The translations under genes and the position numbers were made by a program. A DNA stretch of 64,000 bases from Cystobasidiomycetes sp. EMM_F5 (lineage: Eukaryota): NCBI GenBank assembly GCA_051047955.1, contig JBPGPT010000003.1:310001-374000 (forward strand), written 5' to 3'. The notes beneath the pieces were generated by a model that worked only from the letters and a program-made list of their open reading frames with translations, ran no database searches and had not been told where the DNA came from. Positions 63,117-64,000 of the stretch are shown piece by piece (position 1 is the first letter of the stretch; every line of letters starts with the position of its first letter).

Positions 63117-64000
63117 ATGCTAGAAGAGACTTCGGTACAACCTGCTCTGTACAATGCATTCCTCCTGACTACGAAGGATGCTCTAGTAGTTTTCGAAGCC
63201 GCGAAGCGCGGTATCACTCCGTTCGTAACGAGAAGACTGCAGGATCGCGAAAAGGCGTCCCTTATTGCGAGCGGGGCAGTCTTCATCTTTGACGAAAAGG
63301 CGACCGGTATCAAACGATGCAAGTAGCGTTACAAGCAAAGGCTCTCCGTCTTCACTGACCTCTGTACGAATCAAGGGACCGATGGAGCCATCTGGAGTCC
63401 GTCGCGAATTGTTGGAAACTATCTGGTGTATCGAGGTTAGCTGGCGGAAACATCACGCTCGACCTTGCCCGTCACTGACATACGCAAGGGTGCTCCTATA
63501 CTTACACTAGAGCTTGACAAGAAGGGTACTCTTGAAGCAGATCGACCGGCCGAAATACAGGGTGCTGGCTTTCCTGGCTCCTCTGGCGGGATGTACCAAG
63601 ATGTGGCCAGACACGATATGGGACAGAACAAGATGCTCGACACGATCTCCCAGTCTTCTCTGGGTTCCACGGGCTTACGTAAAGACGTCGAGCGCGCTTT
63701 GATCGGAAGCCTGCATACAGGGTACCGATTCAAGGCGGGTGGCCTCGTGAAGAAGACAATCAGCAACGGCAGCCTTCATATCATGTGAGCCAACCCCTCT
63801 TGTGGCAGCGTCGACGCGTGCAGCTGATATAGAGCGGATGCGACTACAGATCGTACTATGTGAGCCGTATAATGCCAGCGATCCACCCGCTGTCTTGTTT
63901 GGTCTATGCGTAACTTACTCATACTTACTTAGACCATTGAAGACGTGAAGGCTGGCCGACTTAGAACGCCGTCCAGCCTGAATGAGCTGGTGAGCCTGGA
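63117..64000 (+). CDS. Gti1/Pac2 (WOPR domain) transcription factor, truncated by window end
   Basis: TTKDALVVFEAAKRG, RRLQDRE, IASGAVFIFDEKATGIKR|WTDGAIWSPSRIVGNYLVYRE, YRFKAGGLVKKTIS, YY|TIEDV..GRLRTPS. Confidence 0.93.

Noticed and set aside
1..64000. CRISPR arrays, rRNA genes, transposase or retroelement ORFs, prokaryotic operons
   Set aside because: None seen. The window is eukaryotic and intron-rich, and most short antisense ORFs in the track are shadows of real genes.

Overview
Gene-dense, intron-rich eukaryotic DNA. Short (~50-75 nt) GT-AG introns with CTGAC/CTAAC branch points and the gene families present point to a basidiomycete fungus, probably a compact yeast-like genome (inference). 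About 35 protein-coding genes can be reconstructed by manual splicing. They include MRPL16, a TBC RabGAP, GPN1/NPA3, two tandem NADAR-domain genes, RSM25, a Med25-like gene, a WetA/ESC1-domain gene, THI80, a KpsF-like SIS isomerase, an HpxO-like urate hydroxylase, ATG22, WDR48/UAF1, a GH15 glucoamylase, RPS17, RPS22, a RING-coiled-coil protein, a GNAT, a G-alpha, SMT3, TOM70 and a Gti1/Pac2 (WOPR) factor. The most striking feature is a tRNA-Cys(GCA) gene at 54022-54164. It folds into a perfect 72-nt cloverleaf only after two introns are removed: a canonical 37/38 tRNA intron and a 52-nt insert in the D-arm with full spliceosomal (mRNA-type) signals (GTGTGT...CCTGAC...CTAG). Other highlights are a divergent second SUMO-like gene head-to-head with SMT3, a bacterial-like HpxO gene carrying introns, two apparently catalytically altered NADAR paralogs, and a fungal Med25 (VWA+ACID) candidate. 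All family assignments come from recalled motifs, not database searches. Exon boundaries were inferred by eye.
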